64,000 bases of DNA from an uncultured Acidimicrobiaceae bacterium (GTDB lineage Bacteria > Actinomycetota > Acidimicrobiia > Acidimicrobiales > Bog-793), in NCBI GenBank assembly GCA_963841155.1, contig CAWJBM010000002.1, positions 541,885-605,884 of the forward strand, written 5' to 3'. How positions within the stretch are numbered: the stretch's first letter is position 1; every line of letters begins with the position of its first letter. Of this stretch, positions 19,886 to 31,200 are shown one piece after another. Made by a program: the position numbers and the translations under genes. The notes beneath the pieces are model-generated. The model did not search any database, was not told where the DNA came from, and worked only from the letters and a program-made list of their open reading frames with translations.

Positions 19886-20890
19886 TCAAGCGGCGGCGTG
19901 CAGAGCCTCTAACAGCAGACCGACGTCCGCGGTGGCCACGCCGACGCAGCGGTCGGCGGCACCGTAGGTGAGGTACACGTCCCCGCCGGCGCAGTGCGCC
20001 CCCTGGACGAACACGACGTCGTTGACGTCCCCGGCGCGCTCCCAGTCGAGCTCCGGCTCGAGGAGTGGTTGGCTCAGGCGGCTGCGGACCCGGCCGGTGG
20101 CCTTGTCCAGCAGCGCCAGGTTGATCGTGTAGGAGCCGTCGGCCCGCTGCTCGTGGAAGAACAGCAGGAACCCCGCCTCGGTCGGGATGGGCGGCGCCCC
20201 CGCACCGACGCCGAGAGCTCCTGGTGCCGGCCTGATCAGCGTGTGACTGGCCAGCTCGGCCATGTAGGGCTCCCAGTAGCGGGGGCCCGCGGACCACAGG
20301 TGCTCGAGGTCGTCGAACACGGCCAGTTGCATGTCGGGGTGGATGCGGTGGATGAGGGCGACGCGGCTATCGGAGAGGGTGAACAACACGGCGTCCTTGT
20401 CCGCCACGCCGGCCGGCCCGAGCAGCCGGCCGGCCTCCTCTTCGAGCTCGAACCTGTTGGCGTCCCATCTCAGGCGGTGGGCGCCGATGCGCCACGGCCC
20501 CCCGCCGGGAGGCGGCACGTGGGTGTAGGTCATCAAAAGCCGCCGGTGGCCCCGGTCCTCGACCCACTGCACCCGCGGGTCCTCGAAGCTCAGCGCCCCG
20601 CCGGTGCCCGCCTCGGCGAGGACGTAGCCGTACTCGTAGTGGTGCCCGTCGGCGGAGGTGAACACGACGATGTCGGAGACGTAGTCGAGAAAACGCGCCC
20701 CTGTGCCGTCACCGGGGCTGTAGCCGTCCCGCACGGCCCGGACGAACAGGTGGTAGGCACCGGCGTGATGCAGGACACCGGCGTTGAACAGCGGCCCGTA
20801 GCCGAGCACCGCTCCGGCCTCGACGATGGGCCGGTCGCGCAGGCGCCGGACCGGGCGCCTTGGAATCCCGATCACCGAGCTGTCGTGCAC
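19886..20890 (-). CDS. GH130-family (DUF377) glycosidase/glycoside phosphorylase-like protein B
   Basis: GPLFNAGVLHHAGAYHLFVRAVRDGY..FEDPRVQWV..LIHRIHP..GFLLFFHEQ..YTINLALLD..VYLTYGAADRCVGVA. The GTG at 20890 is preceded by GCAGGAGG. Confidence 0.8.
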   Translation of the reverse strand: MHDSSVIGIPRRPVRRLRDRPIVEAGAVLGYGPLFNAGVLHHAGAYHLFVRAVRDGYSPGDGTGARFLDYVSDIVVFTSADGHHYEYGYVLAEAGTGGALSFEDPRVQWVEDRGHRRLLMTYTHVPPPGGGPWRIGAHRLRWDANRFELEEEAGRLLGPAGVADKDAVLFTLSDSRVALIHRIHPDMQLAVFDDLEHLWSAGPRYWEPYMAELASHTLIRPAPGALGVGAGAPPIPTEAGFLLFFHEQRADGSYTINLALLDKATGRVRSRLSQPLLEPELDWERAGDVNDVVFVQGAHCAGGDVYLTYGAADRCVGVATADVGLLLEALHAAA

Positions 20891-20935
20891 GGCGCCTCCT
20901 GCTCGGATCGATGGGGTGGTAACACTCGCGTTATC
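20712..20935. repeat. Direct repeat copy 2 (224 bp)
   Basis: It covers the first 59 codons plus 45 nt of upstream leader of GH130-like gene B. It ends exactly where the GC content drops. Confidence 0.85.
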
Positions 20936-21232
20936 TTATCGTTATCTTACTGTAACTATTCAGGTCTCAGCTGCGTGAGGTGACGAGCGGCGATCAAGCT
21001 GCAGAGCGATCAGGTCCGAGGGACGACTCCCGGGAGCCGGAGGTCTTCCTCGAAGAGGAGCCACATCCCGTCAAAGACGTCCTGTGCCCGCTTTCGCTTC
21101 GTCGGGATGCAGCTGCGGACGGCGCCGTGGTTGCGGGCAGCCTCGAGACTGCGCCAGGTGCCGGAGATCTTCTGCAGTAGCTCGACCATCCGGCCAAGGC
21201 CGGCAGCTGCCGTGACCACGGGACCGAATCTC

Positions 21233-22210
21233 CTAATCGGCGACCGAGCTGCCTTTCTGCAGAGAGGCCAAAGCTACTTTGATGTTGGCCTCGATACGAA
21301 ACAGCGGATCTTCGCTCTCGTCAGATCGAGAGAACGCGCGTCCTGTCAGCTTTTCGAACAGCTCCAGGTATCGTTCCGAGACGTCTTGGACGAACTCGTC
21401 GGGAAAGTCGGGAATGGTCTGGCCTTCTCGGCCCTGGAAGCCCTTCGCAATCAGCCACTCCCGCACGAACTCCTTTGAAAGCTGCCGTTGACGCTCGCCC
21501 CGCTCTTGACGATCGTCGAAACCCTCGGAGTAGAAGTAACGGGAAGAATCTGGCGTGTGGACCTCATCAATTAGGCACAAACGGCCGTCTTTCCGCCCAA
21601 ACTCGTATTTGGTGTCCGCAAGAATCAAGCCATTCTGCTCCGCCATTTCGCTACCGCGCGCATACAGCCGGCGTGTGAGTTCGGCCATATCGGCATAATC
21701 GGCTGCCGGTATGATACCTCTGGCTACGATCTCATCTGCCGAGATATCCTCGTCGTGACCTCGCTCAGCGTGCGTCGCGGGCGTGATGACCGGTTCGGCG
21801 AACCTATCGTTCTCCTTCAAGCCATCGGGTAGCTTGACGCCACAGACTGTTCGCTTGCCGGCTTCATACTCCCGCCAAGCGTGTCCCGCCAAATAGCCGC
21901 GGATTACCATCTCAATTCGGTAAGGTTTGCACAGGTGGCCTATCACGACATTCGGATCGGGAGACACTACGAACCAGTTGGGTACGATGTCCTCGGTCTG
22001 CTCCAGAAAATACGCCGCTATCCGGCTCAGTACCTGCCCCTTGTAGGGAATCGCCACCGGCAGCAGAACGTCGAATGCCGAAATTCTGTCTGTTACGACC
22101 ATTACAAGAAACTCGTTGTTGATGGTGTAGATATCACGCACGCTACCCCTCGAAAACTCCGTCTGGCCGGGCAAAACGAAGTTTGTCGCGGTTATTGTGG
22201 GGGCCGTCAT
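21233..22210 (-). CDS. purC: Phosphoribosylaminoimidazole-succinocarboxamide (SAICAR) synthase, long form
   Basis: GSVRDIYTINNEFLVMVVTDRISAFDV..YKGQVL..LADTKYEFG..LIDEVHTPDSSRY. Confidence 0.9.
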   Translation of the reverse strand: MTAPTITATNFVLPGQTEFSRGSVRDIYTINNEFLVMVVTDRISAFDVLLPVAIPYKGQVLSRIAAYFLEQTEDIVPNWFVVSPDPNVVIGHLCKPYRIEMVIRGYLAGHAWREYEAGKRTVCGVKLPDGLKENDRFAEPVITPATHAERGHDEDISADEIVARGIIPAADYADMAELTRRLYARGSEMAEQNGLILADTKYEFGRKDGRLCLIDEVHTPDSSRYFYSEGFDDRQERGERQRQLSKEFVREWLIAKGFQGREGQTIPDFPDEFVQDVSERYLELFEKLTGRAFSRSDESEDPLFRIEANIKVALASLQKGSSVAD

Positions 22211-22779
22211 GGCGGCTCATTATAACTGCGGGCAACCACATGCAAGGCAGGGCCGTGATAGCGGCGGGCTGGAGACAGCGGCCTTGTCTTGATCGGGAGA
22301 CCTGGTCGTGTGACGGGGAGACGCCTCACGACCTCGGGCGGAGCGGGCAGCTGGACGGGATCGCGGCCGGCGAACTGCGCCGGCCGGGCCCGATGGGCGC
22401 GGCTTGACGGCGAGGGAGCCTGGATACCCGTCGCCGGAGGGCTGAACCCGAGGCCCGCTGGTGGCTGGTGCGATCGCGGCCGCGCAATGCAACGAGCGCA
22501 TGAGTTGGAACTAGCTCTCCACCAGGGCTTGGTCCGTCCACGGGCGGAGCCCCGCGACCTCAGCCAAGACAGCGCTGCACCCCCACGCTCTAAACGGACT
22601 TTCGCGTCGCACGCTGGTATCGTCGCTCACATCCCGCCGCGGACTCGCGCCGGTCGGAGAGCGGCGGCGACTTGCAGCAACAGCAGGGCAGTAGGAAAAG
22701 CGCGTCGATGATCTTGCACCGCCGGAAGCCTCTTGCACGCGTTCCTGAGCATCGAGGAGTCGAAGTGGACAATTCAGCA

Positions 22780-23298
22780 ATGCCAAGAGTCGGTGTCGTC
22801 ATGGGTTCTGGCTCTGATCTCGACATCATGGCTGGCGCCATGGAGACGCTGGAAACGTTTGGCATCCGGTACGAAGTGCGCATTCTCTCGGCACACAGAA
22901 CGCCGCATCTGCTCGCCGAATACGCCAACACGGCGAAGCAACGCGGTCTGTCGGTCATTATCGCCGGTGCCGGTGGTTCAGCGCACCTACCTGGAGTTAC
23001 CGCGGCTTACACGACATTGCCCGTGATCGCGGTGCCGATTGCACGCAGCGACCACGGGCACGAGGCGCTCTGGTCGAACATCAAAATGCCCCCGGGAGTG
23101 CCTTTGGCCACCATGCCCGAGAATGGTGCCATCAATGCCGCTCTGTTCGCAGTGCGATTGTTGGCACTGACCGACGCGAACCTCTCAGATGCCTACGACA
23201 CCTTCAGGCAACAGCAGATCGCAGCCGGTGTCCAGGCGGACCAGCAACTGCAGACTGAGGGATGGGAGGCGATGCTGAGCGAATCAAGAGCTCCCTGA
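22780..23298 (+). CDS. purE: PurE-family N5-CAIR mutase / AIR carboxylase catalytic subunit
   Basis: MPRVGVVMGSGSDLDIM..ILSAHRTPHLL..VIIAGAGGSAHLPGVTAAYTTLPVIAVP. No purK is adjacent. Class I versus class II cannot be decided by eye. Confidence 0.85.
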   Translation: MPRVGVVMGSGSDLDIMAGAMETLETFGIRYEVRILSAHRTPHLLAEYANTAKQRGLSVIIAGAGGSAHLPGVTAAYTTLPVIAVPIARSDHGHEALWSNIKMPPGVPLATMPENGAINAALFAVRLLALTDANLSDAYDTFRQQQIAAGVQADQQLQTEGWEAMLSESRAP

Positions 23299-23432
23299 GC
23301 TGCTTCCGGCCGCCTGGCCAGCGATGCCCGCGCGACCTGCTGCGCAGCCCCGCCCACTTTCCGCGACTGCCTGCGAAGTCGACCTGCTGTTCCGACAACC
23401 CCAGACTCCACTTAAGGGACAAGCCAAGGCCC

Positions 23433-24914
23433 ATGAAATCGGCATCCGACGACAAGTTGCGCGAACAGTGTGCCGTCTTCGGCATCTATTGCCCTGGCAG
23501 CGAGGCAGCGCGCGTCGCCTTCTACGGCCTGTGGGCCTTGCAGCATCGCGGCCAGGAAGGATCAGGCATCGTCACCAGCGACGGCCACAGAATGTACAGG
23601 CATGCCGGTGCAGGCCTGGCATCGAGCGTCTATCACGACGAAGACATGCAACGCCTGAAAGGCCATATAGCTGCTGGGCACAACCGGTACTCGACCTCCG
23701 GTGGCGGCGGGGACTTCTACAATCAGCCCTTCCTGCACGACAGCGGCCAATTCGCCCTGGCTCACAACGGCAACCTACCGGATTGCAGCATGCTCGAGGA
23801 CTTCTTGGCGAGTCACAACGTTCCTACCGAGACACACAACGATACCCGCCTGATGGAAGCCGCCATAGCCCTTTACGTCAGCGCCGGCCATGACCTCGAG
23901 AGCGCCATCATCAAAGCGTACCCACTGTTCACGGGCGCTTTCTCCGCGGTTTCGATGGACGCACGTAGGCTGTTAGCCTTCCGGGACGAGTGTGGAATCA
24001 GGCCTTTGTCAATCGGGACGCTCGATGACGGATATGTGGTTGCCTCGGAGACCTGTGCCTTCGACACGATCGGCGCAGCGTTTCTCCGTGACGTGAGGCC
24101 CGGAGAACTGGTGTGTGTCGATGAGGACGGCTTGACCTCGCATCAGGTTGTGGAAGGCAATCAGAAGATCGATGTCTTCGAGTTCGTCTACTTTGCTCGC
24201 CCCGACAGCATAATCATGGGTCAGCGGGTCAACAGCGTGCGCCAGAACTTCGGCCTCGAGATGGCCAAGGAGTTCTGCGTCAAGGCCGATGTGGTCATTC
24301 CGGTCCCGGATTCGTCGATTCCAGCCGCTCTCGGATATTCGCGGGCGAGCGGCCTTCCCTTTGATGTCGGCATCATCAAGAACCGATACATACATCGCAC
24401 CTTCATCCAGCCGACTGCGGGCCTGCGTAGGCGCGACGTAAAGATGAAGCTCAATCCGATCTTGGAGAGCGTCGCCGGCAAGAGGGTCGTCTTGGTCGAC
24501 GATTCGGTGGTTCGCGGCACAACAATGAGACAGGTGGTGCAAATCGTACGCGATGCCGGAGCGAGACAGGTTCACTTGATAATCAGTTCTCCGCCTGTTC
24601 TGTATCCTGATTTCTATGGCATCGACACGCCGGACCAACGGGACCTCATTGCCGCACACATGAGCCTCGAAGAGATGCGTGCCTACCTGCATGCCGATAC
24701 GTTGAACTTCCTGTCGATAGATGGAATGGTGCGGGCGACCGGCTTGTCGCGGAGCCAGCTTTCGATGTCGTGCTTCGACGGCGTGTACCCGATAGGCATC
24801 GGCCGCCGGGAGGAGACCGTCGTCGCGGGCGGCTCGCCTGTGATGGGAAGGGTGGACGGCTCGACGGCCGAGATCGGCCAGGCGGAGGCCGACCGGAGCG
24901 GGCTGAGGGTCTAG
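23433..24914 (+). CDS. purF: Amidophosphoribosyltransferase
   Basis: A 12-aa propeptide precedes CAVFGIYC (Ntn Cys). Also present: LQHRGQEGSGI, the PRTase loop VVLVDDSVVRGTT, and the C-terminal CFDGVYP. Confidence 0.92.
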   Translation: MKSASDDKLREQCAVFGIYCPGSEAARVAFYGLWALQHRGQEGSGIVTSDGHRMYRHAGAGLASSVYHDEDMQRLKGHIAAGHNRYSTSGGGGDFYNQPFLHDSGQFALAHNGNLPDCSMLEDFLASHNVPTETHNDTRLMEAAIALYVSAGHDLESAIIKAYPLFTGAFSAVSMDARRLLAFRDECGIRPLSIGTLDDGYVVASETCAFDTIGAAFLRDVRPGELVCVDEDGLTSHQVVEGNQKIDVFEFVYFARPDSIIMGQRVNSVRQNFGLEMAKEFCVKADVVIPVPDSSIPAALGYSRASGLPFDVGIIKNRYIHRTFIQPTAGLRRRDVKMKLNPILESVAGKRVVLVDDSVVRGTTMRQVVQIVRDAGARQVHLIISSPPVLYPDFYGIDTPDQRDLIAAHMSLEEMRAYLHADTLNFLSIDGMVRATGLSRSQLSMSCFDGVYPIGIGRREETVVAGGSPVMGRVDGSTAEIGQAEADRSGLRV

Positions 24915-24926
24915 GGCGGCGCAGGC

Positions 24927-25664
24927 ATGGGCAAGGCGCTACTTGCGGTGCTCGCCTCCGGGGAGGGCACCACGGCTGAGGCACTCATTCTTGCCTGCCT
25001 TGAAGGCGAGATCGACTGCGAAGTCGGCCTCGTGATCTCGAGCAGCGAGAGTGCCGGGGTACTCGGGCGTGTCGACCGAATCAATCAGGAGCGCGGCTCC
25101 CGGATCGCCACGGCCTGCGTGGGACGCAAGACCCATCCGCCAGGCACGGGAGAGAGGCTGCGCCCTGGTGATCAAACTTCTGCCGAGGTCGCTGCTGTTC
25201 ACCAACTGCTGAGAGAGGGCGGGTTCGAGCTTGTTGTTCTGATGGGTTACTTGAAGCGTGTTGCGCCGAGCTTGGTGCACCAGTTCGGCTGGAGGCAGGA
25301 ATACACGAGTCCGTATCAGGCGCAAATGCTGAATATTCACCCGGGCCCGTTGCCGGAGACAAAGGGACTGTACGGTATCGACGTCCAGCGGCACGTTCTG
25401 GAGGAGGGGCTCGCATGCGCGGCCCATGTCGTTCACGTTGTCGCGGAGGACTACGACGAGGGTCCGGTTGTCTTCGAGCACAGGGCACCACTGCTCGCGA
25501 ACGACACGCCGGCAACGCTGTCGGAGCGGATCAAGTCTCTGCAGAGAGAGCAGGTCCCACGGGACGTAGGTCAGTTCGCAACCCGGCGGAGGAGGTATTC
25601 ACAGGCCATGCAGACGGGCAAGGCGTTCGGGGAACCGCTCGGGCAACCGGCCGGGGCCGGGTGA
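24927..25664 (+). CDS. purN: Phosphoribosylglycinamide formyltransferase-like (formyl transferase family, with insertions)
   Basis: LAVLASGEGTTAEAL, MLNIHPGPLP (catalytic His context) and VAEDYDEGPVV are present. It is longer than typical PurN because of an internal insertion and a C-terminal tail. Confidence 0.7.
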   Translation: MGKALLAVLASGEGTTAEALILACLEGEIDCEVGLVISSSESAGVLGRVDRINQERGSRIATACVGRKTHPPGTGERLRPGDQTSAEVAAVHQLLREGGFELVVLMGYLKRVAPSLVHQFGWRQEYTSPYQAQMLNIHPGPLPETKGLYGIDVQRHVLEEGLACAAHVVHVVAEDYDEGPVVFEHRAPLLANDTPATLSERIKSLQREQVPRDVGQFATRRRRYSQAMQTGKAFGEPLGQPAGAG

Positions 25665-25738
25665 GCACAACTCCCGATGGAGATCGGGCGGAGCCCTCTC
25701 CGGGAGACATCTCGACAAGGTGAAGGGGAGCTGGGAAG

Positions 25739-27073
25739 GTGGCCCGAATACTGGTGATAGGGGGTGGCGGAAGAGAGCACGCCCTGGCCTGGAAGCTCTT
25801 GCAGTCGCCGAAGGTGGAGAAGCTCTTTGTTGCACCGGGTAACGCCGGAACCGCAGAGATCGCCGAGAACGCGCCCATCCACTTCACTGACGCTCAGAAC
25901 CTGCTGGCGTTCGCTCGGCAAGAGAGGATCGACCTGACGGTCATCGGCCAGGAGGCTGCAAGCGAGGCCGGAGTCGTCGACGAGTTCCTGCAAGCGGGCA
26001 TGGCCGTGTTCGGGCCGAGCAGGGCCGCAGCTCGAATCGAGACGTCGAAGGCGTTCGCGAAAGAGCTGATGAGGGAGAACCACATCCCTACGGCGCCATT
26101 TCGTAGCTTCGACAGCTACCAAGCAGCGCTTTCCGGGCTCGCGAACCGGTCATTCCCGGCGGTCATCAAGGCGAGCGGCTTGGCCGAAGGCAAAGGCGTC
26201 GTGGTTGCGGGAACGTTCGAACAGGCGCGCGAAGCGGTCCGCGAACTCATGGTCGCCAGGAGATTCGGTGCCTCGGGCGACACGGTCGTCATCGAGGACT
26301 TCCTCCCTGGGCAGGAGATCTCTGTGCACGCCTTTTGCGACGACCGAACCGCAGTGCTGTTCCCAGCCTCACAGGATCACAAGCAAGCCTACGACGGCGA
26401 CAAAGGCCCGAACACCGGCGGGATGGGCGTCACAGCTCCAGTGTCCTGGGTGACCCGCGGTCACCTCGACACGATCCAAGCGCGCATCGTGCAGCCAGCT
26501 CTCGACGGGCTTCGGCGTGAGCAGGCGGGCTTCGTCGGCTGCTTGTATCCAGGTCTCATGATAGATGGAGACACCGTGAAGGTCGTGGAGTTCAACGCCC
26601 GATTCGGCGATCCGGAAGCTCAAACGTATATGCGCCTCCTTGACGGCGACCTATACGAGATCCTGGACTCTTGCACCAGAGGGGAGCTCGACCCGAGAGA
26701 CGTCACCTGGAAACCTGGAGTCGCCATTTCCGTTGCGGCGGTCTCCGACGGCTATCCCGGCACCTACGAGAAGGGCCTGCCGATATCAGGAATCGGCAGA
26801 GCCTCCTCAGAGCCGGGAGTCGTCATCTTCCACGGGGGAACGATTCGCGACCAAGGCGCCCTCAGGACTGCGGGCGGTCGCGTTCTGTACGTCACCGCGG
26901 TGGGGTCGGACCTGAATGACGCACGCCGCAAGGCCTATGACGCTATTCACTGCATAAGCTTTGCCGGCATGAGCTTCCGAACTGACATCGGTCTGCGGCA
27001 TTCGCCGGAGGTGACGCCGGGACAAGGTTCCGGTAGACCGGAGAGCCGCCCGAGCGAGCGGGAGCATTCCTGA
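25739..27073 (+). CDS. purD: Phosphoribosylamine-glycine ligase
   Basis: ARILVIGGGGREHALAWKL..FVAPGNAGTA..VIKASGLAEGKGVVV..NTGGMGV..EFNARFGDPE. Confidence 0.92.
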   Translation: MARILVIGGGGREHALAWKLLQSPKVEKLFVAPGNAGTAEIAENAPIHFTDAQNLLAFARQERIDLTVIGQEAASEAGVVDEFLQAGMAVFGPSRAAARIETSKAFAKELMRENHIPTAPFRSFDSYQAALSGLANRSFPAVIKASGLAEGKGVVVAGTFEQAREAVRELMVARRFGASGDTVVIEDFLPGQEISVHAFCDDRTAVLFPASQDHKQAYDGDKGPNTGGMGVTAPVSWVTRGHLDTIQARIVQPALDGLRREQAGFVGCLYPGLMIDGDTVKVVEFNARFGDPEAQTYMRLLDGDLYEILDSCTRGELDPRDVTWKPGVAISVAAVSDGYPGTYEKGLPISGIGRASSEPGVVIFHGGTIRDQGALRTAGGRVLYVTAVGSDLNDARRKAYDAIHCISFAGMSFRTDIGLRHSPEVTPGQGSGRPESRPSEREHS

Positions 27074-27109
27074 GAGGATCAGCCACGTAGAACCGGGAGA
27101 CCTGGGTTC

Positions 27110-28207
27110 ATGCAGGAACCACTGCCATATCACAGACTTGTCGACTACGGGACCGCCGATCCCGCGAAAGTGCTGGCACAGAGGCAAGGCCAAGCCACCA
27201 GTTCGAACATGCCCTACGGCTACAGCGAGGTGGCCGGCACCCGCGGTGAGTCGGCCTACGTGTTCGACATGGGCGACGTCTACGGCGCCCTGGTGCAAGA
27301 GGGTCTCGGCACCAAGAGCCTCATAGCCCGGGAGGTCTACGAGGTCACCGGTAAGTCCTACTTCCCCGCCATCGCGCAAGACACCGTCGCCGCTGTCATA
27401 AACGACCTGGTCAGCGTCGGCGCCCGGCCCGTGGCCTTGAACGCCTACTGGTCCTCGAGCTCCTACGAGTGGCTTGGCGACGCCGGGCTCACCGAAGGCT
27501 TCATCAGAGGCTGGCGGGCGGCTTGTGACCTGTCGAAAGTCGCCTGGGGCGGTGGTGAGACCCAGTCGCTACCGGGAGTGCTGCTGCCCGGAGCTCTCGA
27601 GTTCGCCGGGTCCGCCTTCGGCGTCATCAAGGACAAGAAGCGCCTGATCCAGGGCAAGGCTCTGCGGCCAGGCGACGCGATCGTCCTCATCGCCTCCAAC
27701 GGCGTCCACGCCAACGGGATCAGCCTGGTTCGAGACATAGCGAGCCGCTTGGAGGCCGGCTATCGGACCGAGCTAGATGACGGCGCTGAGCTCGGCGCGA
27801 CCGTTCTGCGTCCGTCTCATATATACGCCGAGCTAGTAGCCTCGCTGATCGATTCGAATGTGGAGGTCCATTATCTCTCGCACATAACGGGCCACGGCTG
27901 GCGAAAGCTGATGCGTCCCGCTGAGGAGCTCAGCTACGTCATCAATCGCCTTCCCCCGGTTCCGGAGGTGTTCAACTTCATTTCGGACCGTGCCCGGAGC
28001 GACCTCAGGGAAATGTACGGCAATTACAACATGGGCGCCGGGTACGCCGTCTATGTGCAGGAGAGCCACGCCGAACGCGTGATGTCGGTCGCGGCTGAGT
28101 GTGGGCTTCAGTCCTGGTTGGCCGGACGGGTCGAGGCCGGTCCCCGGCAAGTCGTCATCGAGCCGCTGGGTATCGTGTTCGGCGGCAGCACCTTAGGCGT
28201 CAGGTAG
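27110..28207 (+). CDS. purM: AIR synthase (PurM)-family protein, divergent form
   Basis: The PurM-family pattern is present with substitutions. [10 protein letters not shown] replaces [23 protein letters not shown] is present. [10 protein letters not shown] replaces [22 protein letters not shown] is present. Its position between purD and purL fits a PurM role. Confidence 0.65.
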   Translation: MQEPLPYHRLVDYGTADPAKVLAQRQGQATSSNMPYGYSEVAGTRGESAYVFDMGDVYGALVQEGLGTKSLIAREVYEVTGKSYFPAIAQDTVAAVINDLVSVGARPVALNAYWSSSSYEWLGDAGLTEGFIRGWRAACDLSKVAWGGGETQSLPGVLLPGALEFAGSAFGVIKDKKRLIQGKALRPGDAIVLIASNGVHANGISLVRDIASRLEAGYRTELDDGAELGATVLRPSHIYAELVASLIDSNVEVHYLSHITGHGWRKLMRPAEELSYVINRLPPVPEVFNFISDRARSDLREMYGNYNMGAGYAVYVQESHAERVMSVAAECGLQSWLAGRVEAGPRQVVIEPLGIVFGGSTLGVR

Positions 28208-31200
28208 TGCTGGTATACAGGGGGCCAGCCGCGCTCTCGGAGTTTCGTGCCGCGAAGCTGTTGAGCCGGATACAGAAGGAGTACCCCTCGGTCGTGAGCG
28301 TTGTGGCCGAGGTTGTGTACCTTGCCCACGGGTGTGACCAGCTCTCCTGCGCCGACGAGAGCCGCCTGAGGCAGCTGCTCGACAGCGGGCCGGCAGAGTC
28401 CACAAGGCCGGTCGGCACCTTGCACGTGGTGATACCCAGACCGGGCACGATTTCGCCCTGGTCGTCAAAGGCTACCGACATTGCCAGGAACTCCGGCTTG
28501 AGCGTGGAGCGTATCGAGAAGGGCGTGGCGTATTACGTCGAATCCTCGGATGCATCCTTGAAACCGCACTTGCCTGGGTACCTGCATGACCGGATGACCG
28601 AGGTCGTGCTCGGAGGACTCGAGGCGGCAGAGGAACTGTTCAAAGAGGGTCCTGCCAGGCCTGTGGTGCAGATAGACCTCCTGGGCTCTGGCAGGCAGGC
28701 GCTGTCCCAGGCGAACGCGCGCGAGGGCCTGGCGCTGGCGGAAGAGGAAATCGACTACCTGTGTGACGCGTACCGGGTTCTCGAGCGCAATCCGACCGAC
28801 GTCGAGCTGGTGATGTTCTCACAGGTCAATTCCGAGCACTGCCGTCACAAGACGTTCAACGCCGGCTGGACCATCGACGGGGAGCATCAGCCCAAGACGC
28901 TGTTCGAGATGATCAGGAACACCTACGAGAAGAGCCCCGCGGGAGTGTTGTCGGCCTACTCCGACAATGCCGCGGTCATCACCGGTGGCGTTGGTGGTCG
29001 CTTCTTCCCCGATGCCTGCACCCGGACCTACGAGTATCACCAGGAAGCGGTTCATTGGGCGGTAAAGGTGGAGACCCACAATCATCCGACCGCGGTTGCG
29101 CCGTTCCCGGGCGCCGCGACGGGCGTCGGCGGGGAGCTTCGAGATGAGGCAGCCACAGGGCGTGGCGCCAAGCCGAAGATGGGCCTGTCCGGCTTCAGCG
29201 TGTCAAATCTGAACATCCCAGGCTGGGAGCAGCCCTGGGAGGAGTGTTACGGCAGGCCGGACAGAATCGTGTCCGCGCTCGAGGTCATGCTCGAGGCCCC
29301 GATCGGTTCCGCCGGCTTTGCGAATGAATTCGGCCGCCCGAATGTGGCCGGCTACTTCCGCACCTATGAGACGGTGAGCGGCAAGATCGCCCGCGGGTAC
29401 CACAAGCCGATCATGCTGGCGGGCGGCTCGGCCGACATCAGGGCCGAGCACGTCCACAAGAGCCGGCTGGGCGCTGGTGCACTTGTCGTGGTTCTCGGCG
29501 GTCCGGCCATGCGGATCGGGCTGGGCGGTGGTGCGGCTTCAAGCATGCACTCCGGAGCCAGCACCTCCGAGCTCGATTTTGCGTCGGTGCAAAGGGGCAA
29601 CGCCGAAATGCAGCGCCGCTGCCAGGAAGTCATCGATGCGTGCTGGTCTCTTGGGACGCATAACCCAATCGTCTCGGTTCACGACGTCGGCGCCGGGGGA
29701 TTGGCAAACGCTTTGCCGGAGCTCGTGCACGACTCGGGCATGGGCGGCACCTTCGAGCTAAGGAGCGTTCCCTGCGCCGAAGGGAGTCTTTCTCCCATGG
29801 AGATCTGGTGCAACGAGGCTCAGGAGCGCTTCGTCCTGGCCACCGGCGAGGAAGGCTTGCGAGTCCTGACCGAGCTGTGCGCACGCGAGCGGTGCCCGCT
29901 CGCTGTCGTCGGCTACGCCACCGAAGATGCGAGGCTGGTGCTGACAGACAGCCTGTTCGGCACCGTGCCCATCGACTTGCCGATGTCGGTGCTGTTCGAC
30001 AAGCCGGTCAGAAAGACCGTCGAGTGCTCGAGCCAGAGACACGACCTGACCGCCTTCGATACGACGAACATCACTCTGGGGGACGCAGTTGAGCGGGTGC
30101 TGCGGCTGCCGGCGGTGGCGAGCAAGAAGTTCTTGGTCACGATCGGGGACCGCAATGTCGGGGGGCTGGTCACCCAGGAGCAGATGGTGGGCCCGTGGCA
30201 GGTACCAGTCAGCGACGTGGCCGTCGCCGCCCTGACTTTCGACGCGAACAGCGGCCAGGCCATGAGCCTCGGAGAACGAGCCCCTGTGGCGCTAATCGAC
30301 GCCGCTGCTGCTGCACGCCTGGCGGTGGCCGAGGCCATCACGAACATTCTGGCCGGCGACGTACGAGAGCTGTCCGACGTGAAGTTAGCGGCCAACTGGA
30401 TGGCGGCGGCTGGCTATGGCGACGAAGACGAGCGGCTGTACCGGGCCGTCAGGGCTGTCGGCGAGGAGTTCTGCCCTGCGCTCGGTCTGGCCGTACCGGT
30501 GGGCAAAGACTCGCTGAGCATGCGCACCGTGTGGGAATCCGACGGTGAGGAAAAGTGCGTGATATCGCCGTTGTCCCTGGTGATAAGCGCGTTCTCGGCC
30601 GTGGCCGACGTCCGCCGGACGTTGACTCCTCGGCTGGAAGTGTCGGAGGAGTCGGTCTTGATACTCGTTGACCTGGGCCTGGGCAGGAATCGCCTGGGTG
30701 GGTCGGCGCTCGGCCAGGTGTACAAACAGTTGGGGGACCAGGCGCCGGACATCGAGCCGAGCACGCTGGCACTGCTGTTCGACTCTGTCGTTCGGCTGAA
30801 GAGAGCGGATCTGATCCTGGCGTATCACGATCGCTCGGATGGCGGGCTGCTGACCACTGTGTGCGAGATGGCCTTTGCCGGGCGCTGTGGACTGGAGCTG
30901 GATCTGAGCGCGTTGCCCGGAAGCGATCTGGAGAAGCTCTTCAACGAGGAGCTGGGCGTGGTCATCCAGGTCCGGAGTGCGGATGCAGATCGGGTCATGG
31001 ACGTGCTGCGTGAAAACTTCGGCAGTCACGCTGCGATCATCGGCCGTCCGACCAGTGGCCAGACGATCTCAATCGTGGCCGGTCAGGGCACTTATGCCAG
31101 GCACCGCTCCGAGCTCGAGGGATGGTGGGCGGAGACCAGCTACAGGATCCAAAGGCTTCGCGACAATCCGCAATGCGCCGACGAGGAGTACCGCGCCATA

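Noticed and set aside
21010-21219. 69-aa minus-strand ORF between purC and GH130-like gene B (MVELLQKISGTWRSLEAARNHGAVRS..DVFDGMWLLFEEDLRLPG)
   Set aside because: The composition is plausible, but there is no RBS, no family I recognise, and an overlapping plus-strand ORF of similar length. The evidence is insufficient.
22211-22779. Possible purine-related riboswitch (ZTP/pfl or purine type) in the 570-bp divergent purC/purE intergenic region; a hairpin GGTCGTG..CACGACC at about 22305-22335 caught my eye
   Set aside because: I could not find the conserved ZTP elements (GGGUCG..CUGGCG plus CCGCCUGGGC) or a purine-riboswitch junction. A lone hairpin is not sufficient, and an Infernal scan would be needed.
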